Virus record (IMG/VR): IMGVR_UViG_3300027645_000001 | Span: 1 to 61,940 of that record | Length of the DNA: 61,940 nucleotides | Strand: one strand, 5' to 3' | Origin: a virus | Shown here: positions 6,976 through 15,646 of the stretch, piece after piece | How positions within the stretch are numbered: the first letter of the stretch is position 1 | Layout: each line of letters begins with the position of its first letter | The notes under the pieces: generated by a model | The model's database searches: none | Seen by the model: the letters and a program-made list of their open reading frames with translations, nothing else | What the model was told of the DNA's origin: nothing | Program-made: the position numbers and the translations under genes

Positions 6976-8411
6976 AGGTCACTGTCTCCAAGTAAATTGC
7001 CGGTGGAGGGTTCAGGGGTTGCCGCGGGGGGCGCTGCAGGGGCGGCAGGCGCGCCCTTACGGGGCCTGCCAGCTGGGGGCGGTGTCGTGGCCTTGGGCTG
7101 AGCGGCGGCGGGCGCTGCGCCCTTGAGGTGGCCGTCCTCGATGACGAATCCGACCTTGCCCGAGCTGTCGACGCGCTCGACCCAGATTTGATAATCGTTC
7201 TCCTCGGCCATCGCGGCCAGGATCTTCATGCCATCCTCATCCAGGCGTTCCCCGTTCTGGATCAGCATGGCGCGAAGCTTAGGCTTCATGGCCATGCCGA
7301 TCGCCACCGACGTGCGCAGGCGCTTGGAAGCTGCGCCCTGCTTGAATGGCACGCCGTCAAGCAGTACCACGCCATCCCCGAACGACAGGCCCGGGACGGG
7401 CAGTTTTGCTGCTGCAATGCCGCGCTGCTTGCCGCCCTCGCGTGCATCCATAATCGCGGTCAGGTTTCCAGATTCTGTCTCAAGCTGCTTGGCCTGATCC
7501 AGGTGCTTGTTGCGCTCGGCTCCGCGTTGGATCTCCCGCTCGATATCGCGCGCCAGCGCAATGGCATCGGCGAGCTGCGCGGTGTCGATCTTGGCCGGCA
7601 GCGCCGGCGCCGCGCCGACCCGCTTGCGCTCGAATTCGCTCTTGGCCAGCATTTCATCGCCTTCGGTCTCGAGCTGCGTTGCGCGTCCTAGCAGCTCTTG
7701 GGCTTCCTCCTTGAGTTCATTGCCGCGATCACGCAGCCGGTCGGCCTCGCGCATCACCTCGGCTCGCTTGGCAATCCTCCGGTCGATCTCCGCGTTGTGA
7801 TCTGAAGCGCCTGAGAGTTGCAGCGTGAGCTTGCTGACGTCCGGGGCTTCCTCGGGCAGATCCTCGGCCACCTCGATCAATGCCGCCGCAGCACGGGCCT
7901 GCTTGGCAGCGCCGTTCAACTGCGTGCGGCGAGCATAGTCGGCCTCGTTTGCCGCCTTGATGGCTTTGAAGTCGATATCGGGCGCGAATAGGTGGCCGAG
8001 TAGATCGAACTGCGCGGCCGGGTCCATGCCATTGAATTCGAGCGGATCAAAGGCGAGCGCGCCGAGCAGCTCATCGATCACCTTCTGCGGGCTGGGCAGT
8101 ACGCCGCCGCCCTGACGCTCGACGCGGATCTCGGTGGTGTAGTCCCCGGCATCGCCCTTCCTCTCGAAGGTGCGCGTGACGATCAGCTCGCCCAGGTCGA
8201 GCTTGATGTGCGCCTTGTCGGCGCCCTGGTGGATGGGTTCGGGCACCTCCTTGTGCGCCTCACGGTATTCGAGGGCGAGCCAGATGCAGTCGAGCACGGA
8301 GGACTTGCCCTGATCGTTCTTGCCCGTGATCTGCACCACGTTGCCCTCGGGCGTGATGGAGATCGCCGTCAGCCGTTTCACGTTCTCAGAAATCAAACTT
8401 ATGATACGCAT
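6972..8411 (-). CDS. SbcC/Rad50-like AAA ATPase (recombination/repair)
   Basis: N-terminal P-loop ITGKNDQGKSS, a long central coiled coil, and a C-terminal ...LIQNGERLDEDG (Walker B/D-loop-like) segment. Confidence 0.75.
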   Translation of the reverse strand: MRIISLISENVKRLTAISITPEGNVVQITGKNDQGKSSVLDCIWLALEYREAHKEVPEPIHQGADKAHIKLDLGELIVTRTFERKGDAGDYTTEIRVERQGGGVLPSPQKVIDELLGALAFDPLEFNGMDPAAQFDLLGHLFAPDIDFKAIKAANEADYARRTQLNGAAKQARAAAALIEVAEDLPEEAPDVSKLTLQLSGASDHNAEIDRRIAKRAEVMREADRLRDRGNELKEEAQELLGRATQLETEGDEMLAKSEFERKRVGAAPALPAKIDTAQLADAIALARDIEREIQRGAERNKHLDQAKQLETESGNLTAIMDAREGGKQRGIAAAKLPVPGLSFGDGVVLLDGVPFKQGAASKRLRTSVAIGMAMKPKLRAMLIQNGERLDEDGMKILAAMAEENDYQIWVERVDSSGKVGFVIEDGHLKGAAPAAAQPKATTPPPAGRPRKGAPAAPAAPPAATPEPSTGNLLGDSDL

Positions 8412-8422
8412 CTTTATCTCCT

Positions 8423-9079
8423 CTAAGGATTGGAACGCCTCGTCGCCCAGGTGCGCTGCGATCTCTCCGATCTAGCCTGCGCGTAAGCTGCCGAGGTATT
8501 GAATGTTTGCAGTCCAGAAATTCGTCTACGACGTATCTCCGGGTCAGCCCATGTGGCGATCGTCGCGCGGCGCTTTTTCTCCCGCGCGGCGGGGCTCGAA
8601 CTCGCCGCCTTCAAGATGTCAGAATGGCGGCGTCTAGCATCAGGCGACGCATAGCGTAGGCGCATTTCTTCGCGCTTCCTGGCTATGACATCTGGTCGTG
8701 CGTTGTAGGCTCTAAGAGCGACGCTTTGGCGGCGACGACGTTCCGGATCGGACCACACACGCTTCCACTCGCCGGAGTCTAGGCCGTCGCCCCCATTGGC
8801 GTGGTTCGTCATCGGGTGGCCGTCTCGCCGAAAATGCTCGATCCAAAATCTCTCGCGCTCCCGCCAATCCGCAGCCGTGACTTCCTCTATCAGCCTGATT
8901 TTTGGCTCTATCCCCGCGTGCAGCAGGCCGCGTATCCAGTGGAAGCGATGCGATTTGAAACCGTTGTGAGCCTCCCATAGGTGCTTCGTCAAGCGAGCCG
9001 CCAGTGTCCAGTCCGTCTTACCGACGTAGCGCACGAGAACTGGCTCCCGCGGATCGAACAGTGCGTAAATGCGTGTCAT
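8423..9079 (-). CDS. Free-standing GIY-YIG homing endonuclease
   Basis: Track ORF 8423..9301 trimmed to MTRIYALFDPREPVLVRYVGKT (GIY...YVG). Also R..H, ERFWIEHF, N, and C-terminal repeated DPE.RRR.S DNA-binding-like modules. Confidence 0.8.
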   Translation of the reverse strand: MTRIYALFDPREPVLVRYVGKTDWTLAARLTKHLWEAHNGFKSHRFHWIRGLLHAGIEPKIRLIEEVTAADWRERERFWIEHFRRDGHPMTNHANGGDGLDSGEWKRVWSDPERRRRQSVALRAYNARPDVIARKREEMRLRYASPDARRRHSDILKAASSSPAAREKKRRATIATWADPEIRRRRISGLQTFNTSAAYAQARSERSQRTWATRRSNP

Positions 9080-9081
9080 AG

Positions 9082-9669
9082 TCAGGGTGCGGGAGCGAAT
9101 TGCAAAGTTGGCTTGCCTGCGGCCTTGATCTCGCCGCCAGCGAGCATGTGCGTGATGAGCTTGGCTTCGAGCCATGCATCGCGGCAGCAGTAGTCGACTA
9201 CCTTGCCGCGCTCGCCCTGCTGCCACCACACGGGCGCCAAGGCGCCGGCGCCGCTCTTGGACAGCCCGAAAGTCTCCTGCATCACGGCGTCCAGGCCCCA
9301 CCCGCCATGCGTCTGCGGCACGAACTTGTCAGGGTCGAGGCCCAGCTTGAGCCAAATCTGCTCGAGCGCATCGTAGTGCCGTTCCCGCCCAAAAGCCGGC
9401 AGCGTGACCCCGTTGACCTCAAGCAGCTTCAGGTCAAAGCGGCGCGTGTTGAAGCCGCCGCTTCGATGCGTGGCGAGATAGGTCTGCAGCTCGTCCAACT
9501 GCTTTTTGAGAAACACGCGCGTCAGGTGCGTCTCGGTGTCGAACGTGCAGCAGCAGGCGAGACCCATTTCCTCGAACGCCCGCCAACCGGAACAGTATTC
9601 GATGCCGGGAATTGGGATCTCGCCGCGGCCGAGGATGGCCTTCTCGATTTCAACGTCAAACACGATCAT
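9082..9669 (-). CDS. DEDDy-type 3-5 exonuclease (DnaQ/RNase H fold)
   Basis: Motifs FDVEIE (ExoI), RRFDLKLL (ExoII) and VVDYCCRDAW (Y-x3-D, ExoIII). Confidence 0.7.
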   Translation of the reverse strand: MIVFDVEIEKAILGRGEIPIPGIEYCSGWRAFEEMGLACCCTFDTETHLTRVFLKKQLDELQTYLATHRSGGFNTRRFDLKLLEVNGVTLPAFGRERHYDALEQIWLKLGLDPDKFVPQTHGGWGLDAVMQETFGLSKSGAGALAPVWWQQGERGKVVDYCCRDAWLEAKLITHMLAGGEIKAAGKPTLQFAPAP

Positions 9670-10781
9670 AGGTTTGCATCCAGTGCTTCGCCGTGCTCGT
9701 TGTACGCGGCCTCCACTTCCACCGGCAGCTCACGCTGGCTGTCACTGTAGTCAGCGGTGATCGCCTTCCACAGCGCCTGTAGCGCCGCGTCATTGGCGGT
9801 TGCCTTGATGGCATCGATGGCACTGGCCTTGCTGTAGTACGGCTCCTTGGCGCTGCCCTGTGACTTGGGAGACGTCGTAGCGTTGGCAGCAGGGGTCATC
9901 GTCTCATTCCCAGGCGGCGTGCCAGCGGTCTGTCCGCGCAGCTTGTCCTTGACCGTCTCGGCCTGCGTTTTCGGTGTACCCGCATCGCCATTGGTCGGCG
10001 CTGCCGGCATTTCGAACCAATCTGCGGCCACCGACATTTGATCCTTCAAACTGGTATAGATCTTGCGCAGCCGCGCCAACAGCGCCGGAGTAATGGAGTC
10101 AAGGCGCCGTTGGATATTCTTCTCGATAATCTCTTTGGTGACACTGTAGGCAGCAAAGCCTTCGAGCATCGCTTTGATCTTATCGGGGGTGATCTCACCC
10201 TGCCCAGCCTGCATTGTTAGCTCACATTGCTTGACCGCAGCTTCCGAAACATCGATAGGAATAACTGCCAGGATGCAGGCGCGTTTACGTCGAGCAGCCA
10301 TATTGGCAAGATGCTCGTACAGATCGCGTTCTTCAGTGATCGCATGGCCGCCGCCGCGTGTATCGCGCCAATGACGGACCATGAACCGCTTTTCGTCACG
10401 GAATCCAGTCTCGAGATCCACCGCATATGCGAGCACTTCGGATTGACCGCCGTACCGTGACAGTTCAGCGACACCGCACGTCATATTCCCCCACTGGCGC
10501 GCAAGTTCTTCGGCCAGCCTGATGGAAGGGCCGGTAACATTTTGACCGCCGCGGGCATACTCGTAGACGGCTTCCTCGGCAAGCGTTGCGCGTGTGCAAG
10601 AATTGAGAATGCGGTCCATCGCTGCTCGTGGATCGCGGGGAAAGCGTCGCGCAATCATCATCGCGGCTGTGACCTCGCTGGAATCGCGTTGTGCCAGCGC
10701 GCCAGCGGAAGCCCCGGTCGGCGCTGCCACGATTGGGGCAAGCGCGAATGGATTGGCAGTCTGTTCTAAAGGTGTGTTCAT
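9666..10781 (-). CDS. Hypothetical protein of the recombination module; candidate single-strand annealing protein
   Basis: Lies between two exonuclease genes. I could not place the conserved-looking core GPSIRLAEELARQWGNM in a family by eye. Confidence 0.3.
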   Translation of the reverse strand: MNTPLEQTANPFALAPIVAAPTGASAGALAQRDSSEVTAAMMIARRFPRDPRAAMDRILNSCTRATLAEEAVYEYARGGQNVTGPSIRLAEELARQWGNMTCGVAELSRYGGQSEVLAYAVDLETGFRDEKRFMVRHWRDTRGGGHAITEERDLYEHLANMAARRKRACILAVIPIDVSEAAVKQCELTMQAGQGEITPDKIKAMLEGFAAYSVTKEIIEKNIQRRLDSITPALLARLRKIYTSLKDQMSVAADWFEMPAAPTNGDAGTPKTQAETVKDKLRGQTAGTPPGNETMTPAANATTSPKSQGSAKEPYYSKASAIDAIKATANDAALQALWKAITADYSDSQRELPVEVEAAYNEHGEALDANL

Positions 10782-11353
10782 CGGGTGATCTCCTCCGGCA
10801 CCGGATAAGTGATGCCATTCAAAATGTTGTAGATTGCGCGGCGCGAAACGCCTACGGTAGCTGCGATCTTCGCTTTCTTAATACCCTGCGCCGCTAGCGC
10901 CCGAACTTGTGCGGCGCCCTCATCGGAGAGTTTGCGCAGCACAAGTGCCCGTCGAAATCCAGCCAAGCGGCGCCTTTCGGTTTGTCGAATTAAGCCGGTG
11001 CGCCATGCATGCTCACGGTTCTGTCCGCTCGTCACCCACTCCAAGTTGTCAAGGCGCGACTCGCTCTTGATACCGTTCATGTGATTGCCCTCAAGTGGTT
11101 TACAGCCGGGCAACAAGCAATAGGGATTAAAAGTCCTGAGGATCAAACCGTGGATATTGTAGATACGCCGCCGCTTCTCCTTCTGCAGCCATGCTACCGG
11201 ATAGGATCCATAGGTTCGACGCTTGAGCCATCGTCCTGTGGTATCGCCGCGTCGGTGTCCACTGCCGCTCGGTTTGTGATGGGACCAGACGCGACCGTCC
11301 GTGCTGATCGCGTACAGCCCTTCGTACCCAGGAATGTCGCGCCGATCATCCAC
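10778..11353 (-). CDS. HNH homing endonuclease (NUMOD4 + HNH_3 + C-terminal HTH)
   Basis: Motifs IPGYEGLYAISTDGRVWS, GNHMNGIKSESRLDNLEWVTSGQNREHA, and C-terminal IAATVGVSRRAIYNIL. Confidence 0.85.
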   Translation of the reverse strand: MDDRRDIPGYEGLYAISTDGRVWSHHKPSGSGHRRGDTTGRWLKRRTYGSYPVAWLQKEKRRRIYNIHGLILRTFNPYCLLPGCKPLEGNHMNGIKSESRLDNLEWVTSGQNREHAWRTGLIRQTERRRLAGFRRALVLRKLSDEGAAQVRALAAQGIKKAKIAATVGVSRRAIYNILNGITYPVPEEITR

Positions 11354-11355
11354 GA

Positions 11356-11574
11356 TTATTCCTGTTGGCCGGCACGCTCGATGATGGCGCCCTCTTTGAG
11401 CGCCATCACGAGATCGGTCTGTGAAGCCACACGCACGTCGTACTGTCTCCTGGCGACGTGTCGTAGCGCCACGTTGGGGTGATTGGCGCTCACGAGCTTA
11501 GGCGGCTCGTCGGCCTCGATTTCTGCCGTATCCATGCGCTGCACGCGATAGATGCGGGTGTTGTCCTCTGCCAT
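11356..11574 (-). CDS. Hypothetical protein, 72 aa
   Basis: Track ORF with GGAGGA upstream. Confidence 0.6.
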   Translation of the reverse strand: MAEDNTRIYRVQRMDTAEIEADEPPKLVSANHPNVALRHVARRQYDVRVASQTDLVMALKEGAIIERAGQQE

Positions 11575-11602
11575 TGGGAATCCTCCTGTCGATAATGTGA
11601 GA

Positions 11603-12481
11603 TCAGCTGTTCAGGTAGCGCGCATCAAGAAATTCGGTCGCACGCACCTCGTAAGCCTTCCGCTTGACAATCGCGCGGCGCAGGCTCTTGCCGTCGGGGA
11701 ATTCCAGAAACGTCGCCTCGCCCATCAGCGCGAGCAATCCCGCCTTGGCCGCGTTCTTGTTGGCCTCTGCCGTTTTCTCCAGCAGCGACTGCGCATCGAA
11801 GCTGGCACGTAGCTCGACGGCCCTCGCATCCGCCTTGATGATCTCGCCATTGGTGCCTGGGTACATGCGGCGCAGTACCGAGAGTGCATCCATGCGGGCA
11901 AGATCCGGCGGCGGGGGCTCGCGGTTCATGACGTGATGCCAAAAGCGCTCCTCGCCCTCGAAGATCAGTCCCTGCATCTCGCTATCGGCCTCGATGACGT
12001 AGATGCGTAGCTCACTGCCGCCGATCAGCACACCCAGGCGCGCGGCCGGTAGGCCCAACACACCCATGTTGTGTTGGACCTGGACGAGATAGTGCTGCGG
12101 CACGATATCGGTGCCTTCCTCGCCGAAGCCATCGGGGTAGCGCGCGGTCTTGCCCTCGTAGAGATAGTTGTCGTCCATGACGCCGTCCGGGTGACACGCC
12201 GCGAACTTCCACACGGGATGCCTGATGGTCTCAGTCGGCAGCCGAATCACCTTGCCGGTGCGCTCGGCGACTTCCTGGCGCACGGCGGGCTCGTGAAGCC
12301 GACCCCACTTCGTGGTCTCATTTCCGAGGAATTCTGGCGCTAAGCCAAGCTTTACTTGCCAGAGATCGAATTGGGATTGGTACTTGTTCAGGCCGATCGC
12401 GGCGGCGGCATCGCTACCACCGATCCAATTGCGGCGATCAAGCTGCTCCTCGGGAGTGAATTCCTTAATAACTGCGTTCAT
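11603..12481 (-). CDS. YqaJ/lambda-Exo-type PD-(D/E)XK recombination exonuclease
   Basis: Track ORF trimmed to MNAVIKEF, with GGAGG 8 nt upstream. Motifs WIGGSDAAA, GRLHEP, PDG...YEGK and QVQHNM. Confidence 0.8.
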   Translation of the reverse strand: MNAVIKEFTPEEQLDRRNWIGGSDAAAAIGLNKYQSQFDLWQVKLGLAPEFLGNETTKWGRLHEPAVRQEVAERTGKVIRLPTETIRHPVWKFAACHPDGVMDDNYLYEGKTARYPDGFGEEGTDIVPQHYLVQVQHNMGVLGLPAARLGVLIGGSELRIYVIEADSEMQGLIFEGEERFWHHVMNREPPPPDLARMDALSVLRRMYPGTNGEIIKADARAVELRASFDAQSLLEKTAEANKNAAKAGLLALMGEATFLEFPDGKSLRRAIVKRKAYEVRATEFLDARYLNS

Positions 12482-12678
12482 TTGCGAGACCTCCGAAATT
12501 GCTTTGGTTTCGTGCAAGTGGCGTAGTGGCTCGTATGCCGCGCCGCGTCGAATAGGGTTTGCTCGGTATCATCGGACGTGATTGTCGCGGCATCGACCGG
12601 CATGTTCCCACCAGACGCGGTGCGTAGCCATACGATCTCGGCACGACAGGAAAACTCGCGGCAGAAACTGATTCTCAT
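12478..12678 (-). CDS. Small Cys-containing protein, 66 aa
   Basis: Track ORF trimmed to MRISFCREFSCR.... ATGA overlaps at both ends. Confidence 0.5.
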   Translation of the reverse strand: MRISFCREFSCRAEIVWLRTASGGNMPVDAATITSDDTEQTLFDAARHTSHYATCTKPKQFRRSRK

Positions 12679-13199
12679 GCCGGCTCCTTTCGCGCTGGAT
12701 TCAGCTTCATGAATACAATCCAGTAGGTCTGCTGCCCGCGACGCTGACCGAATAGTGGCTTGTGCGGGGTCAAGCGTAGTATCTTCTTGACAGTCACATC
12801 GCCATCGCTCCATTTGAAGATCAGAACTCCGTCAGGTCTCAGCACCCTGAAGCATTCGGAGAATCCGCGGCTGAGCTGCTCCAGCCAGTCGTTTAGCAGC
12901 ACCCCGTATTTCTTACCAAGTAAATTGCCCGCCCTGCGCGGGAACAAATGCGGCGGATCGAATACCACTAGACGATAGGTTTCATCTGGGAAGGGCAGCG
13001 CCGTGAAACTAGCTTGGATGTCAGGAGCTATGACTAGATCCTGGCGCCCAATGGTGCCAGGGGTTCCGACGTCCATCGCGTGTACTTCACGACGACGGTC
13101 AATAAATAGGGCGCGTGGATCTGTCTTGTCGAACCACATCATGCGGCCGCCACAGCAGGCATCTAGCACGACGGGTAGAAAGGTTTGCTGATCGCTCAC
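12675..13199 (-). CDS. Small SAM-dependent methyltransferase with a DPPH motif (probable DNA N6-A/N4-C MTase)
   Basis: GTG start in a GTGA overlap with the upstream stop. Motif I LDACCGGR and motif IV VVFDPPH. Confidence 0.7.
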   Translation of the reverse strand: MSDQQTFLPVVLDACCGGRMMWFDKTDPRALFIDRRREVHAMDVGTPGTIGRQDLVIAPDIQASFTALPFPDETYRLVVFDPPHLFPRRAGNLLGKKYGVLLNDWLEQLSRGFSECFRVLRPDGVLIFKWSDGDVTVKKILRLTPHKPLFGQRRGQQTYWIVFMKLNPARKEPA

Positions 13200-13708
13200 G
13201 GCGCCCTCGCCTTCGCCCACGCGCGCACCTTCACCGCATCCAGCTGGCGCGAAGTGATGAAGTGGATCGCCACGCGGCATTGAAATTCATCGAACATGGC
13301 GATATGACACTGCGCGGGATCGATGCCCATCAGGTCGGCCAGCAGCGCGTAGGCGCGTGCGCGGGCCTGCTGGTGCATCCACTTGGGAAACACCGTCACT
13401 TCGGGGTAAGCCTCCTCCAGGCGCCTGTGCAACGGATCAAAGTGCGCGTGAGTCTCGATCTTGAGACGGCGTAGCTCCTTGTTCGCGAGCCGGCCCAAAG
13501 GTTGTAGCGTGGCGCGGTGGCAGCCCACGTGCGCGTCACAGTCAGGGCGCGGGCAGCCGTAGTAAGGTCCAAAGTTCCTCCCGCCGTAGATCGCCTCGCT
13601 CGATGCGTGGAACACCGATTGAGTGCCGCAATAAGGACAGATCGGTGCGATGTTCTCAGGCCGGCGTGCTGCGGCCTCGCGAAGCTTACGGGTGGCGGTC
13701 TTGCTCAT
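13196..13708 (-). CDS. Zinc-finger protein (DUF3268-like)
   Basis: Track ORF trimmed to MSKTATRK, with GGAG upstream. Motif CPYCG...CPRPDCDAHVGCH. Confidence 0.65.
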   Translation of the reverse strand: MSKTATRKLREAAARRPENIAPICPYCGTQSVFHASSEAIYGGRNFGPYYGCPRPDCDAHVGCHRATLQPLGRLANKELRRLKIETHAHFDPLHRRLEEAYPEVTVFPKWMHQQARARAYALLADLMGIDPAQCHIAMFDEFQCRVAIHFITSRQLDAVKVRAWAKARAP

Positions 13709-13881
13709 CAGAGCATCTCCGGCGGCGGCTTGATGCGAAACACCCATCGGCCGTCCGTCTGTTCTAGCCATTCCCCGACGCGCACGCGGTTGCCTTCGCC
13801 ATCGGTGATCTCCACTGCCTGCACGCTGTGCTCGGTGGGGCCGTGCTTGAACAGCAGATCGATGTAGGCCGGTTCACTCAT
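13708..13881 (-). CDS. Hypothetical protein, 57 aa (below the track cutoff)
   Basis: My translation: MSEPAYIDLLFKHGPTEHSVQAVEITDGEGNRVRVGEWLEQTDGRWVFRIKPPPEML. Overlapping start/stop at both ends. Confidence 0.45.
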   Translation of the reverse strand: MSEPAYIDLLFKHGPTEHSVQAVEITDGEGNRVRVGEWLEQTDGRWVFRIKPPPEML

Positions 13882-14098
13882 TGCCCCACTCCTTCTGAAT
13901 CTCGCGCTCTATGCGTTCCTCGAAAGGATCGTACTCGCGCTCGAACGGCTCCCAATCCTCGGGCTGTTCCATCGTCTCCTCGCCGCATTTGCGGCACGTC
14001 CAGACGGTAAAGGCCACGGTGCCGTTGACGACGTTAGGATCGCCGTACCAGCTTTGAGCGGCACGCCAGTCGTGGTCGCCATGATCGCAATTGCTCAT
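13874..14098 (-). CDS. Zinc-ribbon-like protein, 74 aa
   Basis: Track ORF trimmed to MSNCDHGDHDW...CRKCGEE. ATGA overlap upstream. Confidence 0.55.
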   Translation of the reverse strand: MSNCDHGDHDWRAAQSWYGDPNVVNGTVAFTVWTCRKCGEETMEQPEDWEPFEREYDPFEERIEREIQKEWGNE

Positions 14099-14424
14099 CC
14101 TTCGCGCTCCCCGAGCGGCTTGTCGTAGGCACTGAGTGGCAGCGGTTTTATGTCTTTCCAATGAATTTCAGGAGGGCTATCGCGCAGATCGCGAGCAGTG
14201 CTGCCAAAAAGTAAAGGCGCACTGTCGGCCGGTCCCGGAGCGGTATTCTGTAGCGCATACGCTTGCAATCGCGCGAATATGCGGTGGTCGATTGCATCAG
14301 CGGCATCGAGGCCGGCAAGGACACCCGCAAGGTACGCCGCTGCCACGCGCGAGCGTTCGACCTCGGGAAGCAGCGCCGGAATGCTCTTGCCCACGTACTC
14401 CCGACATTTTTCTGACCAGTCCAT
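14095..14424 (-). CDS. Hypothetical protein, 109 aa
   Basis: Track ORF. Confidence 0.6.
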   Translation of the reverse strand: MDWSEKCREYVGKSIPALLPEVERSRVAAAYLAGVLAGLDAADAIDHRIFARLQAYALQNTAPGPADSAPLLFGSTARDLRDSPPEIHWKDIKPLPLSAYDKPLGEREG

Positions 14425-14428
14425 GATT

Positions 14429-14722
14429 TCATGCTCCTACCCCAAGGGGGCCGTTGGTGTTCGTAAAGCCTTCGTCCGTGTCATCCTCGAAAGGCAGCTC
14501 GACCAGCCGCGCGCATCCCGCTTCTCCACAGCACGGCGCGTGCTCGTTGGGCAGCGCCCGGTAGCAGAACGGGCATTCCCAAAGAACGCTGTCATCGACT
14601 TCCGTTTCGTTTTCGCGATACTCGGCATCGCTCTCCAGCTCGCCAGGACCGGCAACCCGTGCAGGATCATCGGGGATGGCTTCGAGCGCGGACCAGATCC
14701 AAAGAGTGTCGGCGGCGCTCAC
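14429..14722 (-). CDS. Acidic Cys-containing hypothetical protein, 97 aa
   Basis: Track ORF; GTG start; motif CPFC...CCGEAGC. Confidence 0.55.
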   Translation of the reverse strand: MSAADTLWIWSALEAIPDDPARVAGPGELESDAEYRENETEVDDSVLWECPFCYRALPNEHAPCCGEAGCARLVELPFEDDTDEGFTNTNGPLGVGA

Positions 14723-14823
14723 GGTTGCACCGTCTTAGGCGCATCGCGCCGCGCCTTGCGCGCAGCTTTGCGCAGTAGTCGGCGCGCCCGGTATGCCGGG
14801 GATCGGACTCGACGGCGGCTCAT
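14719..14823 (-). CDS. Possible highly basic 34-aa peptide
   Basis: My translation: MSRRRVRSPAYRARRLLRKAARKARRDAPKTVQP. Overlapping start/stop codons on both sides. Confidence 0.3.
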   Translation of the reverse strand: MSRRRVRSPAYRARRLLRKAARKARRDAPKTVQP

Positions 14824-14936
14824 GATTGCACCTCGCCAAAGCCTTCAGCGACCAGCTCGCGCGCACGGGCCGCGAGGTACTGCGCGTCCCACTCGGCGTA
14901 GATGTGTTCCCAGATGATGTGAAGTACGGTGGACAT
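14820..14936 (-). CDS. Hypothetical 38-aa protein
   Basis: My translation: MSTVLHIIWEHIYAEWDAQYLAARARELVAEGFGEVQS. AGGAGA lies 6 nt upstream. Confidence 0.4.
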   Translation of the reverse strand: MSTVLHIIWEHIYAEWDAQYLAARARELVAEGFGEVQS

Positions 14937-15014
14937 GGTTTGTCTCCTAAACGGTGTGTGGATAGCGTTCAGTCCTGCGTCTTGGCTGTCCTGCCCAAGG
15001 CGCAGTGCTGAGAG

Positions 15015-15341
15015 TTATCTAGCCCGTGCCTCCTTGTTGGCGATCCACTGTTGATAGCAGGCACGTGCGCGGTCAACGTCGCGCTGCGCGAATTCGGTAG
15101 GCCACGCAAGCACAACGCATGACCAATCGCAATCTTCCTCATAGGCGAGCGGTCCTGCATACGGTCGGTGCGAGCGAAATGGCTCCGGCATCGCGTTGCG
15201 ACGCTGCTGGCTGATGATGTAGCCACCATGCGATGGCGTGCTGACCCACCATATGCCTGGCGCCTCTTGCGCGGCGTCGTCAATCGAACCCCACGGCGAA
15301 TGTCGCGGGGTATCGGTCTCGATGAAAGTGACGGTGCTCAC
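15015..15341 (-). CDS. Hypothetical protein, 108 aa
   Basis: Track ORF with an SPWG...PSHGGY signature that I only vaguely associate with plasmid/phage early proteins. Confidence 0.6.
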   Translation of the reverse strand: MSTVTFIETDTPRHSPWGSIDDAAQEAPGIWWVSTPSHGGYIISQQRRNAMPEPFRSHRPYAGPLAYEEDCDWSCVVLAWPTEFAQRDVDRARACYQQWIANKEARAR

Positions 15342-15562
15342 AGCGCCCCCACTTCGCGCAGCAGCGCGGGCTCGGTCACGTTCGAGTAAATCTCGAACAC
15401 GATCTTGCCGTTCGCATCGTGAATGAAGGTCTCGCCTTGATCGACACGGCGCCGGCCGCCGTTAGCTTTCACCTTGCTCATGAGAGAGCGCCACTCGCCG
15501 CGCGTGCGCTCCACCGAGCGGTCAAGCGTGTAGTCGAAGCCTAAGAGTGTGTGGGTTGACAT
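15338..15562 (-). CDS. First gene of the leftward operon, 74 aa hypothetical
   Basis: Track ORF with AAGGAGA upstream. Confidence 0.6.
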   Translation of the reverse strand: MSTHTLLGFDYTLDRSVERTRGEWRSLMSKVKANGGRRRVDQGETFIHDANGKIVFEIYSNVTEPALLREVGAL

Positions 15563-15600
15563 GATCGGATCTCCTTCTGAATGGATTTCAGGCAGGGGCG

Positions 15601-15629
15601 ATTCTGAACCAGTGTTTTATTGAAGTCAA
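15601..15629 (-). promoter_or_regulatory. Candidate leftward sigma70-like promoter
   Basis: On the minus strand: TTGACT, 17 nt, CAGAAT. Lies in the only sizeable divergent intergenic gap. Confidence 0.3.
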
Positions 15630-15646
15630 GTATTGTGTGTAAGAAT
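15620..15646 (+). promoter_or_regulatory. Candidate rightward promoter
   Basis: TTGAAG, 15 nt, (TGT)AAGAAT. Its -35 overlaps the leftward -35 (TTGAAGTCAA). Confidence 0.3.

Noticed and set aside
8423-9301. Full 292-aa track ORF for the GIY-YIG gene, overlapping the exonuclease gene
   Set aside because: The first 74 codons are Arg-rich and overlap 9082..9669. The GIY motif starts right after the internal ATG at 9079.
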